Assembly: GCA_023245335.1 (NCBI GenBank)
Contig: JAHFKK010000001.1
Span: forward strand, 235,282 to 299,281
DNA length: 64,000 bases
Reading direction: 5' to 3'
Source of the DNA: Candidatus Gottesmanbacteria bacterium
Lineage (GTDB): Bacteria; Patescibacteriota; Microgenomatia; UBA10105; UBA927
The notes under the pieces are model-generated. The model was given only the letters and a program-made list of their open reading frames with translations. It was not told the origin of the DNA and searched no databases. The number at the start of each line of letters is the position of its first letter. The first letter of the stretch is position 1. Shown piece by piece: positions 8,345-18,223 of the stretch. A program made the position numbers and the translations under genes.

Positions 8345-10007
8345 ACTCGTTGGGAAAGGAGTAGCGATATTCGCGAGTTTCATAGTTATCGGGCTTGCCG
8401 CAGTCCCGCTTTTCCATGCGGGATTGTTTCCGACGATTGATAATATTTCCGTTGTTCGGCTCGAGTCCATGGCAAAAGAATTAGGACGCGGCCAATTTCC
8501 CGTGCGTTATGCATCCGATCTCGCCCGCGGACACGGCTACATGCTGTTTAACTATTACGCGCCGCTGCCGTTTTACTCTGGGGCGTTGATCCGTCTGGCT
8601 CGGGTAAACCTGGTTGGTGCTTTGAAGCGTACGTATCTGGCTGCATTTGTTCTCGGCGGGATGGGTATATTTGCATTGTCTGCAGAATTTTTTGGCCCGC
8701 TGGGAGGGGCTGTGTCCTCTGCCTTTTATGCCTTTTCCCCGTTTATAGGATATGACATTTATTGGCGCGGCGGGCTAGGCGAAGCATGGGCAATGTCGCT
8801 TACCCCTTGGGTGTTATGGTGTATGTATCGTGGTATCCGGCGGCAAAGCCCGGGTGACGCCGTGGGTGCCGGAATTGCTTGGGCCGCGGTACTTTTGTCG
8901 CATAACCTGACGGCTTATTTGTCTTTTCCTTTTGTCGGCGTATGGGCGTTGTGGTGGATTTGGTATTTTCGCCGGTCGCTGTGGTATGGAGTAATGAGCA
9001 TCGTTTTGGGATTCGGACTGGCAGCATTTTTTTGGTTGCCTGCATTCGTCGATCGCGGACAGGTGTGGGTGAGTTATCTCCAGGCTGGGCGTGATGATTT
9101 ATTTAAAAATTTTGTGTGGGGGACGGTGCGGAACGTTTTGTTTCCGACGTTCATACCGATGATCACGAACTGGTTTGCGATATTCACGCCCCTCGTGATT
9201 TATTTCCTTGTTCGCCGATACGTCAGGGATCCGCTGCTTCGGGGAGTTGCGGGTGTATCCGCAGGCTTATTTGCCCTTGCGGCCTTTTTGGCAAGCGGTC
9301 TGTCCCGTCCTGTGTGGAGCGCTCTCTTTCCGGTGATGTATATTTTCCAATTTCCATGGCGTTTTCTCACCATGGTGACGGTGTTCGGTGCCGTTTTGGT
9401 TGGTGCGGTTGCCGTCATGCCGAAACGATACCGTTTGGCCGGCAGTGTCATCCTCATTCTCCTCGCGGTTCTCGTAAATTGGGCTAACTTTCGTCCCAAA
9501 ACGTATGAGTTTGTTGACCGATATCTCCCTGAAGATCCGTGCGGGACTAGCTGGGGATTTGAGTATATTCCCACATCGGTCAAGACATGTCTCAAAACAT
9601 CATGGGGAAAACCATACCATATAGATTCAGGAGATTTGCAGGTAACATCTTTTCACGAATCAGCAATGGGCGTGGAGCTGTCAACCGAAAGTACCATGGG
9701 AGGGACACTCCAATCGGCGCGATATTATTACCCCGCTTGGAGGGCGAGTATTGACGGCCAAACGGCGCAGATAACACCCTCATATCCAAACGGACTTATG
9801 GATGTACATGTCCCGTCGGGTTCACACACCGTACGGTTTGAACTGCGGGAGACACCCCTTCAGCGCGTGAGCACGATTATTTCGGGGGCGACCGGTATCG
9901 GAATTCTTTTGTTTGCGGGATGGGAATTGAGGCGTCTATTTGCTCGCACCAAACTATCGCGGCGGCGACCAGCGGGTAAAGCGGCGTCCGCTAAGCGCAC
10001 GGTATGA
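8328..10007 (+). CDS. GT-C membrane protein (PTPS-related/YfhO-like)
   Basis: GHGYMLFNYYAPLPFY, RGGLGE, QFPWRFL and C-terminal YYPAWRASIDG motifs. Confidence 0.8.
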   Translation: MRRPGKLVGKGVAIFASFIVIGLAAVPLFHAGLFPTIDNISVVRLESMAKELGRGQFPVRYASDLARGHGYMLFNYYAPLPFYSGALIRLARVNLVGALKRTYLAAFVLGGMGIFALSAEFFGPLGGAVSSAFYAFSPFIGYDIYWRGGLGEAWAMSLTPWVLWCMYRGIRRQSPGDAVGAGIAWAAVLLSHNLTAYLSFPFVGVWALWWIWYFRRSLWYGVMSIVLGFGLAAFFWLPAFVDRGQVWVSYLQAGRDDLFKNFVWGTVRNVLFPTFIPMITNWFAIFTPLVIYFLVRRYVRDPLLRGVAGVSAGLFALAAFLASGLSRPVWSALFPVMYIFQFPWRFLTMVTVFGAVLVGAVAVMPKRYRLAGSVILILLAVLVNWANFRPKTYEFVDRYLPEDPCGTSWGFEYIPTSVKTCLKTSWGKPYHIDSGDLQVTSFHESAMGVELSTESTMGGTLQSARYYYPAWRASIDGQTAQITPSYPNGLMDVHVPSGSHTVRFELRETPLQRVSTIISGATGIGILLFAGWELRRLFARTKLSRRRPAGKAASAKRTV

Positions 10008-11089
10008 AGAGACACAAGTTGTATCTTATGATCCTCGGCATTATTGCCGCGGGTTTGGTCAGCGAAACCGTTCTAAGAATAGCGCACCTAACCCCCGTCC
10101 TCATCAACGAAGAATTGTTATACAGTCAGGATAAACGCATAGATCCGTCGTATATATTCACTAAGAAAAATTTTTCCATCCATCGAACGGACAATGCGTT
10201 TCATGTCGTGACCCTCGGTGATTCTTATACGGAAAAAGACCTGTGGGCACACGACGGGATCACAAGTTATCCGGAATTACTTCAGCAAATGCTTAGTGCT
10301 CGGAGTCCCGCAGTTGAAATACTGAACTATGGCGTAGGAGGAACGGGACCAGATCAGGAACTCCGGTACTTTATCGATCATATTCTTCCCACAAATCCCG
10401 ACCTGGTCATTTGGCAGTTATATGCAAATGACATAGAAGACAACATCGAAGAGCCCGTCTATGACATACAAAACGGCCGGCTTAAACCTATAGACGCGCG
10501 TACGAACTGGATGTATATGAGGCAAATCCTATACTCCCTTGCCCCTTGGAAACCACTCATGATGCATTCCTACGTGTTTAAGGCGGTGCTTTCTGCATTT
10601 CAGGTCACGTGGTTTGCTCACGTACCCGAGGTCTACCGCAATGACCCGACGCGTTGGGCGACGGATAAGCTGGCTTTGGAAGTGCAAACGATGAATACAT
10701 TAGCTTTTGCATATCATTTTCGCGTGTTCTATGTGCTTATCCCTCCGGAGTCACAGTACATAAGTGAGAGCCAGGTGGCGGCAAAACACATAAGTCCCCA
10801 TGCGGCAAAATACCATGACATGATTGCGGGTATCATAAAAAATGATCCGTCGTATATACCGATTGATTTTGGGGTCGAGATGGTTTCCCATGGTTTGGTT
10901 CCCGAAGGGGATACGGTGAGCCGCGAAGTTCTGCGGTCCGTCTATTTAGGAGGAGTAGATAAGAATGAGGAAGGGGACAAACATCTCACTCAACTTGGTC
11001 ATCAGTTAATAGCAGATGAGCTTATGCAGCGTATACAGCAGTACTTACCCGCCGCGCCGCTCGACATGGGGAATGGATCCTTCCGCTGA
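10004..11089 (+). CDS. SGNH/GDSL hydrolase family protein
   Basis: Blocks LGDSYT, NYGVGG, YAND and DKH; N-terminal anchor. Confidence 0.88.
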   Translation: MKRHKLYLMILGIIAAGLVSETVLRIAHLTPVLINEELLYSQDKRIDPSYIFTKKNFSIHRTDNAFHVVTLGDSYTEKDLWAHDGITSYPELLQQMLSARSPAVEILNYGVGGTGPDQELRYFIDHILPTNPDLVIWQLYANDIEDNIEEPVYDIQNGRLKPIDARTNWMYMRQILYSLAPWKPLMMHSYVFKAVLSAFQVTWFAHVPEVYRNDPTRWATDKLALEVQTMNTLAFAYHFRVFYVLIPPESQYISESQVAAKHISPHAAKYHDMIAGIIKNDPSYIPIDFGVEMVSHGLVPEGDTVSREVLRSVYLGGVDKNEEGDKHLTQLGHQLIADELMQRIQQYLPAAPLDMGNGSFR

Positions 11090-11698
11090 TATGATATGGC
11101 GGGTGTCAAGGAGTTTGCCTTCCGAACTCACTCGTAGGACGAGCGCTTCTCCTTTGTCGACCGTTTGGTCTACGCCCGGCGCACCATATTCTCCTACCGT
11201 CAGGTAATGCATGATCATGCCGATGATTTCTCCGTGGGTAACGATCGCGATTGTTTCCGTCTTGTGTGAATCGAGAATACGTTTGTATTCCGATATGACC
11301 CGCGTATACGCGCTTGGGAGTGTTTCACCGTGTACGTCGGGCAAGTAGGGATTGTCGGCAAAATAGTTCCCCCCGACGCTTCCGAGTTCGGATTGCGGAC
11401 GATGATCCCATTGCGGGGTGCGGGCGCCGTTAAATTTTTCGTCCGGGATGACTGGCGGGTGATCGGGAAGCGCTTTATGAAGGAGATCGGCAGTCTGATA
11501 AGCCCGTGTGTACAAACTCGATATTATGAGTTGAGGTTGTATTCCCTGATGCTTCATTTGTTCAGCAAGGAGGATGCCTTGGTGGATGCCGCGGTCGCTA
11601 AGTGGTTCGTGCGGTCCGTAATTTCTGGGGATGCCGGTTCCTACGGCGGGTAAGTCAACAGCCCCGTGTCTGATGAGAAGGACGGTTCTTCCTTCCAT
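11045..11698 (-). CDS. histidine phosphatase (phosphoglycerate mutase-like)
   Basis: IRHG, RAYQTA and VTHG motifs. Confidence 0.9.
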   Translation of the reverse strand: MEGRTVLLIRHGAVDLPAVGTGIPRNYGPHEPLSDRGIHQGILLAEQMKHQGIQPQLIISSLYTRAYQTADLLHKALPDHPPVIPDEKFNGARTPQWDHRPQSELGSVGGNYFADNPYLPDVHGETLPSAYTRVISEYKRILDSHKTETIAIVTHGEIIGMIMHYLTVGEYGAPGVDQTVDKGEALVLRVSSEGKLLDTRHIISAEGSIPHVERRGG

Positions 11699-11748
11699 AC
11701 ACCCTATATTATATCAAACTATATCAAGTAATCTGCTATAATAGAGTT

Positions 11749-12318
11749 ATGAAACAAACACACCTCACCAATCTCGTCTATGAAGCGGCGACAGTAAAAA
11801 GGATGCTTCGAACCGGGTGGCAGATCTTGGGAGATAACGAAGAGAATGTCGGCGAACACACCTTCATGACGTGCGTGATCGCATACTTCCTCGCAAAAGA
11901 GTTGAAAGCCAATATGGAAACGGTTTTGGTCATGAGTGTGTTTCATGATTTTCATGAGGCGCGAACCGGGGAACTGGATAAACTGGCAAAAATCTATACG
12001 GCGCGAGACGAGGGGAAAGCAAATAAGGATATCTTCGCGGGCGTCGATGATGAACTCCTTACGCTTCTTACGACATACGAAGAGAAGAAGACTATAGAGG
12101 CGCAGATCGCCTACGAGGCAAACGTCATAGCATTTTCCATCGAAGTGCGGCTCCTTATGGAAAAGGGAAATATCCACGCGAAGGAATGGATGGAAGCCAA
12201 TAACAGCAGATTGAGACTCCCGCAGTCCGTAGCGCTTGCTAAAGACCTCGCCGAAACGGATTCGCAGAACTGGTGGAAAAGTATACGGAAAACCATCCAC
12301 GAAGAATTTGCGAAGTGA
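11749..12318 (+). CDS. HD-domain hydrolase (YfbR/HDDC2-like 5'-deoxynucleotidase)
   Basis: RTGW...ENVGEHTF...FHDFHEARTG motifs. Confidence 0.88.
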   Translation: MKQTHLTNLVYEAATVKRMLRTGWQILGDNEENVGEHTFMTCVIAYFLAKELKANMETVLVMSVFHDFHEARTGELDKLAKIYTARDEGKANKDIFAGVDDELLTLLTTYEEKKTIEAQIAYEANVIAFSIEVRLLMEKGNIHAKEWMEANNSRLRLPQSVALAKDLAETDSQNWWKSIRKTIHEEFAK

Positions 12319-12319
12319 T

Positions 12320-13240
12320 TCAGTTTTCTTGCGCAAACAGTAATCCGGCAAGTTTGCGAGACACGTGCTGCCCCGTAGCTATAAGTACCCCGACGACAAT
12401 GAAAAGGCTTCCGATAAAATATGCCAGCGTGAAATGCTCCCCGAGGATTGCGGCATTTATACCGATGCCGATGACGAGCTGCACATATTCTTTGAGTGAT
12501 GCGGTGGACGCTGATACGTGCTGGACGCCCCACTGGAAAAGAAAGTACGTGACGACGGTAAGAATAATCGCGGCAAACAACATCGTTCCGAGGTAGGAGG
12601 GCGTCGCGAATGGAGGAACGTAAAATGATTGCCGCGTGATAAGCGCCGCAAGTGCGGAGGATACCGCACACGCAAAAAAGTTCATCGATGTCGAAAGAAC
12701 CGGTGAGTATTTTCCTTTGGAAAGGATGAATCTGGAATACACGATATACGACGACCAGCTTAAAAGGCTCCCGACTTCAAGCAAGTTTCCGGTGAGTGTT
12801 CCCCCGAGTGCTTGCCCCTGCACGAGAATCGGTAAAAGTACGATAAACAAAGCTCCTACTAACCCCAACGAAATACCGAGCGCTTTTTGTTTGGAAACAG
12901 TTTCATGAATTAGAATATAAGAAAGTACGGTGGTGACGATGGGGACGGCCGTACCCAAAATGATGATCGTGTTTGCCGTGGTGCGTGCGGCACCCGTGTA
13001 GTAGAAAAGCACGTTGAGGGAATTAAATAACCCAAGGGGAAGAAGCGCCCGAAAAAATCCTTTTGGTTTTTTCTCTTTCAAAAAGAAAGGCAAAAGAATG
13101 ACCGATGCTATGCCGAACCGATAGAACGCGACAATAAACGGATCGGTGCGGGCAACGAGGATCTTGGCGACGGTTCCGGCGCTCGCCCAAAGAACGGCCG
13201 CTATAAAGATCGCGAGAAGCGCCTTCGTTTTTACCTGCAT
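12320..13240 (-). CDS. EamA/DMT family transporter
   Basis: About 10 TM helices in two EamA repeats. Confidence 0.88.
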   Translation of the reverse strand: MQVKTKALLAIFIAAVLWASAGTVAKILVARTDPFIVAFYRFGIASVILLPFFLKEKKPKGFFRALLPLGLFNSLNVLFYYTGAARTTANTIIILGTAVPIVTTVLSYILIHETVSKQKALGISLGLVGALFIVLLPILVQGQALGGTLTGNLLEVGSLLSWSSYIVYSRFILSKGKYSPVLSTSMNFFACAVSSALAALITRQSFYVPPFATPSYLGTMLFAAIILTVVTYFLFQWGVQHVSASTASLKEYVQLVIGIGINAAILGEHFTLAYFIGSLFIVVGVLIATGQHVSRKLAGLLFAQEN

Positions 13241-13296
13241 TACAGCCCATTATAGCATTCTAGTCATCTCGAAAGATGATATAATTGTCCTGATGT

Positions 13297-13548
13297 ATGT
13301 GGTATGTCTACGTATTAAGAAGTGCTAAGGATGGAAAGTTATATACAGGTAAGACGGCGGATTTGAGGCAACGGGTGGGAAAGCACTATCGGGGAGAGGT
13401 TCTTGCTACAAAATCTCGAAGACCGTTGGAATTAATTTATTACGAAGCGTTTAAAAATAGAACTGATTGTGGTAGAGAAGAGTTATATTTAAAGTCAGGT
13501 ATCGGCAGAGAGTCGTTGAAGCATCGATTAGTATACAATACATCATAA
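13297..13548 (+). CDS. stand-alone GIY-YIG nuclease (UPF0213-like)
   Basis: YVYVLRS...LYTGKT..LRQR...H..G...TK..RP..LIYYE...REELYLKSGIGR. Confidence 0.92.
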   Translation: MWYVYVLRSAKDGKLYTGKTADLRQRVGKHYRGEVLATKSRRPLELIYYEAFKNRTDCGREELYLKSGIGRESLKHRLVYNTS

Positions 13549-13564
13549 AATTTTTTGATGGTGT

Positions 13565-13600
13565 GGTCGCCTCTAACGGCGACCCGCCGTTAGAGGCGGG
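13565..13600 (+). repeat. nested palindrome between the GIY-YIG gene and tRNA-Ser
   Basis: Perfect 14-bp inverted repeat cgcctctaacggcg-acc-cgccgttagaggcg (13568-13598), also foldable as two small hairpins. Confidence 0.85.
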
Positions 13601-13686
13601 AAGGGTCGCATAGTTGGTCTAGTGCGCATCTTTGGAGAAGATGTATCGGCGCAAGCTGATCGCGGGTTCGAATCCCGCCCCTTCCG
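13599..13686 (+). tRNA. tRNA-Ser(GGA)
   Basis: Acceptor GGAAGGG/CCCTTCC, anticodon arm CATCT-TTGGAGA-AGATG, long variable arm, T arm GCGGG-TTCGAAT-CCCGC. Confidence 0.95.
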
Positions 13687-13766
13687 CAGAAGGTCTTCGG
13701 TTGCTCCAAGACCCGTCTACTATGCTTGATTAGATTGATGGGGCTTGCTAAAAATGAGTAAAAACC

Positions 13767-13895
13767 TTAAGTATTCCTTGATTTTTGTTGTATGTTTTCT
13801 TGCTGGGTTTGTTGACCGCGTTGCATCACAAAGAATAACCCTGTACCCAAAACGAGAATAACAATTACACCTGCTACAACATAAGACATCTTCAT
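13767..13895 (-). CDS. small single-TM peptide (42 aa) not in the ORF track
   Basis: MKMSYVVAGVIVILVLGTGLFFVMQRGQQTQQENIQQKSRNT, preceded by a degenerate regulator box and TAGCAT -10; may be a truncated gene. Confidence 0.5.
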   Translation of the reverse strand: MKMSYVVAGVIVILVLGTGLFFVMQRGQQTQQENIQQKSRNT

Positions 13896-13936
13896 GCTAC
13901 TCATGCTAATGAGGCGATATCAAAATAACCTTAATA

Positions 13937-15151
13937 CTATTCGTAGCGTAATGCGTCTATAGGAGAAAGTTTTGCTGCTTTTTGGGCTGGGTACAAACCA
14001 AATATGACACCAATGAGTGTGGAAACACCGACTGCAAGCAGTATTGAGTTTATTTGAAAAATATAAGGAATACTGATAAATTTAGCAACCACAAACGCAA
14101 GCAATTCACCGAGAATGATACCGGCGATTCCTCCCGAAGCTGTTAAGACGATTGATTCGATAAGAAATTGAATTAAGATATCTTTTTTTTCTGCACCAAT
14201 CGACTTTAACAACCCTATTTCCTTCGTTCTTTCAGTTACAGTAACCATCATAATATTCATGATGCCTATTCCTCCAACAACGAGTGATATACCTGCAATG
14301 CCAGCTAGCATGGCAGTTAATGTCGTGGTGACACTGCTTAATGTCGATTGTGTATCTTTTGACGTACTAATACTAAAATCAGCTGTGCCACCATCAGCTA
14401 TTTTATGCCGATCCATTAACGTGGTTTTTACCACATCGCTTACAGCATCAACTTTGGTTGAATCGTCAGTAACAAGCTGAATGGAGTTGACATAATTCTG
14501 TCCACTTAAAATTTGCATCATTGTGGTTACGGGGATATACACTGCGTCATCCGGATTGGAAAACCCACTGCTTCCTTTTGATTTTGTCACACCAACAACT
14601 CGAAATACTTTTCCATCAATAGTAATGTTTTGATTAATTGCTTCAGCAGTTGAATCTTCACCAAATAAATCTTTGACTACATTGGGACCAAGAATGGCTA
14701 CTTTTGCTACTCCTTGTTCATCTTCTTTTTCAAAAAATGACCCTTGGTCGATTGTAATAGCTTGTGCCGTAGGATATGCAAACGATACTCCTTGAACTAT
14801 GGAGTTTTTGTTTTGCCCATTCCCAATTAATTGATAGTTTTTTTGAACTACTCCAGAAACGGCTGCAACATTGTTTAGACTCTGTAATGCATTCGCATCA
14901 TCTAACGTTAATGTCGTGACATTTCCACTTTGTACCGGTCCTCGTTGTCCTGTCCCGGGGCTAATTGTAATCAAATTAGAACCCAGCGAAGAGATTGATG
15001 ATGTTATTGATGATGTTGCCCCCTGAGCTAAGGCAATAATAAGAATAACCGAGGCGATACCAATTATGATACCAAGCATCGTAAGCGATGTTCGCAAGAT
15101 GTTTGCTCTCAATGCTTGTATGGCGGTGATAAATAATTCTGAGTAGTTCAT
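13937..15151 (-). CDS. MacB/FtsX-like ABC transporter permease
   Basis: RTSLTMLGIIIGIASVI, GGIGIMNIMMVTVTERTKEIG and PIDALRYE motifs. Confidence 0.95.
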   Translation of the reverse strand: MNYSELFITAIQALRANILRTSLTMLGIIIGIASVILIIALAQGATSSITSSISSLGSNLITISPGTGQRGPVQSGNVTTLTLDDANALQSLNNVAAVSGVVQKNYQLIGNGQNKNSIVQGVSFAYPTAQAITIDQGSFFEKEDEQGVAKVAILGPNVVKDLFGEDSTAEAINQNITIDGKVFRVVGVTKSKGSSGFSNPDDAVYIPVTTMMQILSGQNYVNSIQLVTDDSTKVDAVSDVVKTTLMDRHKIADGGTADFSISTSKDTQSTLSSVTTTLTAMLAGIAGISLVVGGIGIMNIMMVTVTERTKEIGLLKSIGAEKKDILIQFLIESIVLTASGGIAGIILGELLAFVVAKFISIPYIFQINSILLAVGVSTLIGVIFGLYPAQKAAKLSPIDALRYE

Positions 15152-15867
15152 ATTGGTTGTTGTTTTTCTCTTACTTGTTTATTTGGCTTGTCCGAAAGAA
15201 TCAAACCATCTTTTAGTGAAATAGTTCTTTTTGTAAAAGCTGCTATGTCTGATTCGTGAGTAATAACCACTATTGTTTTACCGCGATCATTCATTTCCTG
15301 TAAAAAAGACATAACTTCATGCGAAGTTTTACTATCTAAGTTTCCTGTTGGTTCATCGGCGAGTATTAGGGTCGGGTTCATCACTAAGGCTCTGGCGATC
15401 GCTACCCGTTGAATTTGTCCACCTGAAAGCTGGTTAGACATATTTTGAGCTTTTTCTTTAATGTGCACCAAATCCAAGACATCAAAGGCTCTTTTTTCTC
15501 GATCCGTAAAAGGAACTTTACCGTACATCATTGGTCGTTCTACGTTCTTTAAAACAGTTGTGCGGGGAAGAAGATTAAATGATTGAAAAACAAATCCAAT
15601 ACGTTGATTCCGAATTTTTGATAATTGATCGTCGGTGTATTTACTAATCTCTGTTCCGTCCAAGTAGTATTGACCTGTTGTAGGAGTGTCCAATGCACCC
15701 ATAATATGCATTGCTGTTGATTTGCCAGACCCAGAAGGCCCCATAATAGCAACGAATTCACCCTCATATATATCAATATTTATACCTTTTAAGGCTTGAT
15801 AATCAGTCTCACCTAAATGATAGGATTTTGTAATATTTTGTAATTGAATAACTGGTTTTTTGCTCAT
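15148..15867 (-). CDS. ABC transporter ATP-binding protein (MacB/LolD type)
   Basis: Walker A GPSGSGKST, LSGGQ signature, ILADEPTGNLD. Confidence 0.96.
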   Translation of the reverse strand: MSKKPVIQLQNITKSYHLGETDYQALKGINIDIYEGEFVAIMGPSGSGKSTAMHIMGALDTPTTGQYYLDGTEISKYTDDQLSKIRNQRIGFVFQSFNLLPRTTVLKNVERPMMYGKVPFTDREKRAFDVLDLVHIKEKAQNMSNQLSGGQIQRVAIARALVMNPTLILADEPTGNLDSKTSHEVMSFLQEMNDRGKTIVVITHESDIAAFTKRTISLKDGLILSDKPNKQVREKQQPI

Positions 15868-15875
15868 AGTACATA

Positions 15876-17156
15876 TTAATTTCCTGGCGGTCCACCAAGA
15901 ATTCCTCCACTTTTAGCTGTCGTTGAGGTAGTTCCTGTGCCGGTAACTACCTCTGTGCCTTCGGTTACACCTTCGAGTATTTCGGTATTGTTTGTACTTT
16001 TAATACCGACTTTTACCTGAATATATTTCAACTGACTACCTGGCTTACTGGTATCCTTTACCTGTACGGCTTTCCCTCCTTTATAGGGTTTAACCGCGCT
16101 ATTAGGTACTACCAACGCATTTTCATGCTTCGTTGTTTGAATAACTACTACAGCGCTCATAAGTGGCTTAATCTGTTTATCGGGGTCAGTAATTTTGACA
16201 TACACATTGTATGTAATAACTCCTGAAGTATCGGTGCCATAATCATCGACGCGCGTCACCTCGCCTTTAAACGTCTTATCTTTTATGGCGCTAATCGTCA
16301 CCGTTGCCTCTTGTCCGACTTTAATATTGTCTATATTAACTTCGTTTATCTGGATTTTTACCGTATATTCTTTCGCGGTGCCTATAACCAGAATTGGAGA
16401 AGCGCTTGTATCGGTATTGGAACCACTCGTATTCATCGCGGCGGTAACCTGATCTCCCACGTTATAGGCAAGATTTGAGATTGTGCCTGATACCTGAGCA
16501 GTTATTACGGCATCCTGAGTTTCCTGATAGCTGAGCCACGCACTGTTTAGCGACGCTTGTGCCTGACTTATCGCTGTTTGCTGATCTTTGTATTTGGCTT
16601 CTGCAGTAAACCAGTTTTCCTGCGCCGTAATAAATTCTGCAAGCTCACGGTTTGTTGTGTTTGGCGACCCGTCGGAATTTTCGTATGTGGAATTGGAGGC
16701 TAAATTTTTATAGGTATTCCACGCTGTATACATAGATGACCGCAAAGAGTGATCCGTCGACTGGGAAGAGTTTAGCGTGGCTTGTGCAGAAAGATAGTTG
16801 GCATACGCACTAGCTTTATCCTGATCCGAAGCCGTTGACTTAACCTTAAATAATTTATCCCCTTTTTGTACCGTTTGACCGTTTTCAACATAGAGCTCTT
16901 CAATGACACCATTTGAAACTGAGTAAACCGTAAGCTGATTTGATTGAACATTTCCGCTCTCGCTAACAGTATCGACAATCGTAGCCTTTTTGACCGTGTA
17001 AGTGGTAACTTGTTGTTGTTTATTGCCTGCTAATAACGGTCCCGATATGAGAAAGATAAGAACTCCTGCTACCACGACGACGATGATTTTCTTCTTGAGT
17101 GAAAATGATTGAAACCACCCAAAAATATTTTTTATCTTACCGATTATATTATTCAT
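15876..17156 (-). CDS. MacA/HlyD-like membrane fusion (adaptor) protein
   Basis: N-terminal TM, lipoyl half motifs (G.V.KGD.L), coiled coil, VVPNSAV; operonic with the ABC genes. Confidence 0.92.
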   Translation of the reverse strand: MNNIIGKIKNIFGWFQSFSLKKKIIVVVVAGVLIFLISGPLLAGNKQQQVTTYTVKKATIVDTVSESGNVQSNQLTVYSVSNGVIEELYVENGQTVQKGDKLFKVKSTASDQDKASAYANYLSAQATLNSSQSTDHSLRSSMYTAWNTYKNLASNSTYENSDGSPNTTNRELAEFITAQENWFTAEAKYKDQQTAISQAQASLNSAWLSYQETQDAVITAQVSGTISNLAYNVGDQVTAAMNTSGSNTDTSASPILVIGTAKEYTVKIQINEVNIDNIKVGQEATVTISAIKDKTFKGEVTRVDDYGTDTSGVITYNVYVKITDPDKQIKPLMSAVVVIQTTKHENALVVPNSAVKPYKGGKAVQVKDTSKPGSQLKYIQVKVGIKSTNNTEILEGVTEGTEVVTGTGTTSTTAKSGGILGGPPGN

Positions 17157-17162
17157 ATATAC

Positions 17163-17195
17163 ATGTTATAAACTGAATCTTAAATAAACCTTAAC
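17163..17195 (-). promoter_or_regulatory. OmpR-family tandem box plus -10 (CiaR-like)
   Basis: GTTAAG-GTTTA-TTTAAG, 10 nt, TAACAT, 6 nt, ATG of the adaptor gene. Confidence 0.75.
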
Positions 17196-17214
17196 GAAAA
17201 ATGCTGTATTTGTT

Positions 17215-18222
17215 TCACGACTCATAAGGAAGTGATACAGTAAACGTACTGCCTTGAGAGAGTAAGCTTTCAACTGATATCTGACCATTGTGCTTTTGGA
17301 CGATAAGCCTAGCGATCGCCAACCCAAGTCCGTACCCAGTTATGCCATGTCGAGATCGCGATCTATCGGTACGATAAAAACGATCAAATACAAATTTTTG
17401 CTCTTCTTTGGTTATTCCAACTCCTTGATCGACTACCTTTAACAGTATAGTATTTTTTGAAATCTTTGAGTGCAGAGAAATGACTTTATTTGAGTCGCTA
17501 TATTTGGCTGCATTTTCAAGCAATATGGTAAGCAACCGTATTAAACTTAGTTTTTCTCCATATATTTTTATGTCTTGGAATTGATTGTCGACTGCTATAT
17601 GTTTTTGTTGAAGAATAGGGGCGACGTTTGTAATCGCTTTTTCTGAAATATCTAAGAGGCTGTTCTGAGTGAAGTGAACAATATACTTACTTCTTTCATA
17701 TTTATTTAGTTCGAGTAAATCATTTGCCAAGTTCTGTAATTGTATAATTTCGGTCAGACTGCTTTTTAGTACTTTGTTGGCTTCCTGACCAATTTCCTTA
17801 TTCATCGATGCGACTTCAAGACCTGTTCGGATAACAGTTATTGGGGCTCGCAATTCATGTGAAGCGTCGGAAATAAACCTGCTTTGCTCATCGACCATCA
17901 TCTCTACTGGTTTCAATGATTTTCCAGCCAAAATATACCCAGCAACACCAGAGACAAGAAACAGTGCACCGTTAACGAGTATCAAAGTTATTCTTATTCT
18001 ACCCAGTAGCGTTTCCGGTGTTACATTATTGGAATCGGAAAATGGGGGCTCTAGCATTTGAGTCATTAGCTGAGGATTTTGTTTCCTAAATTCTTCGATT
18101 CTGGAAAATTTCCTAATTGGGATTGATACCCCAATGTAGATGAATACGCTAAAAATAATACTCACTACGAGTGTTATAAGAACATACCAACCTGTTAAAA
18201 TATACCGCGTTCTTTGAAACAT
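17215..18222 (-). CDS. sensor histidine kinase with a short extracellular loop
   Basis: H box DASHELRAP, N box ENAAKY, DQGVG, FDRFYR, GYGLGL; alternative start 18249. Confidence 0.95.
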   Translation of the reverse strand: MFQRTRYILTGWYVLITLVVSIIFSVFIYIGVSIPIRKFSRIEEFRKQNPQLMTQMLEPPFSDSNNVTPETLLGRIRITLILVNGALFLVSGVAGYILAGKSLKPVEMMVDEQSRFISDASHELRAPITVIRTGLEVASMNKEIGQEANKVLKSSLTEIIQLQNLANDLLELNKYERSKYIVHFTQNSLLDISEKAITNVAPILQQKHIAVDNQFQDIKIYGEKLSLIRLLTILLENAAKYSDSNKVISLHSKISKNTILLKVVDQGVGITKEEQKFVFDRFYRTDRSRSRHGITGYGLGLAIARLIVQKHNGQISVESLLSQGSTFTVSLPYES

Positions 18223-18223
18223 A

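Noticed and set aside
13297-13548. GIY-YIG as an intron homing endonuclease
   Set aside because: The adjacent tRNA is uninterrupted and no group I intron core is visible
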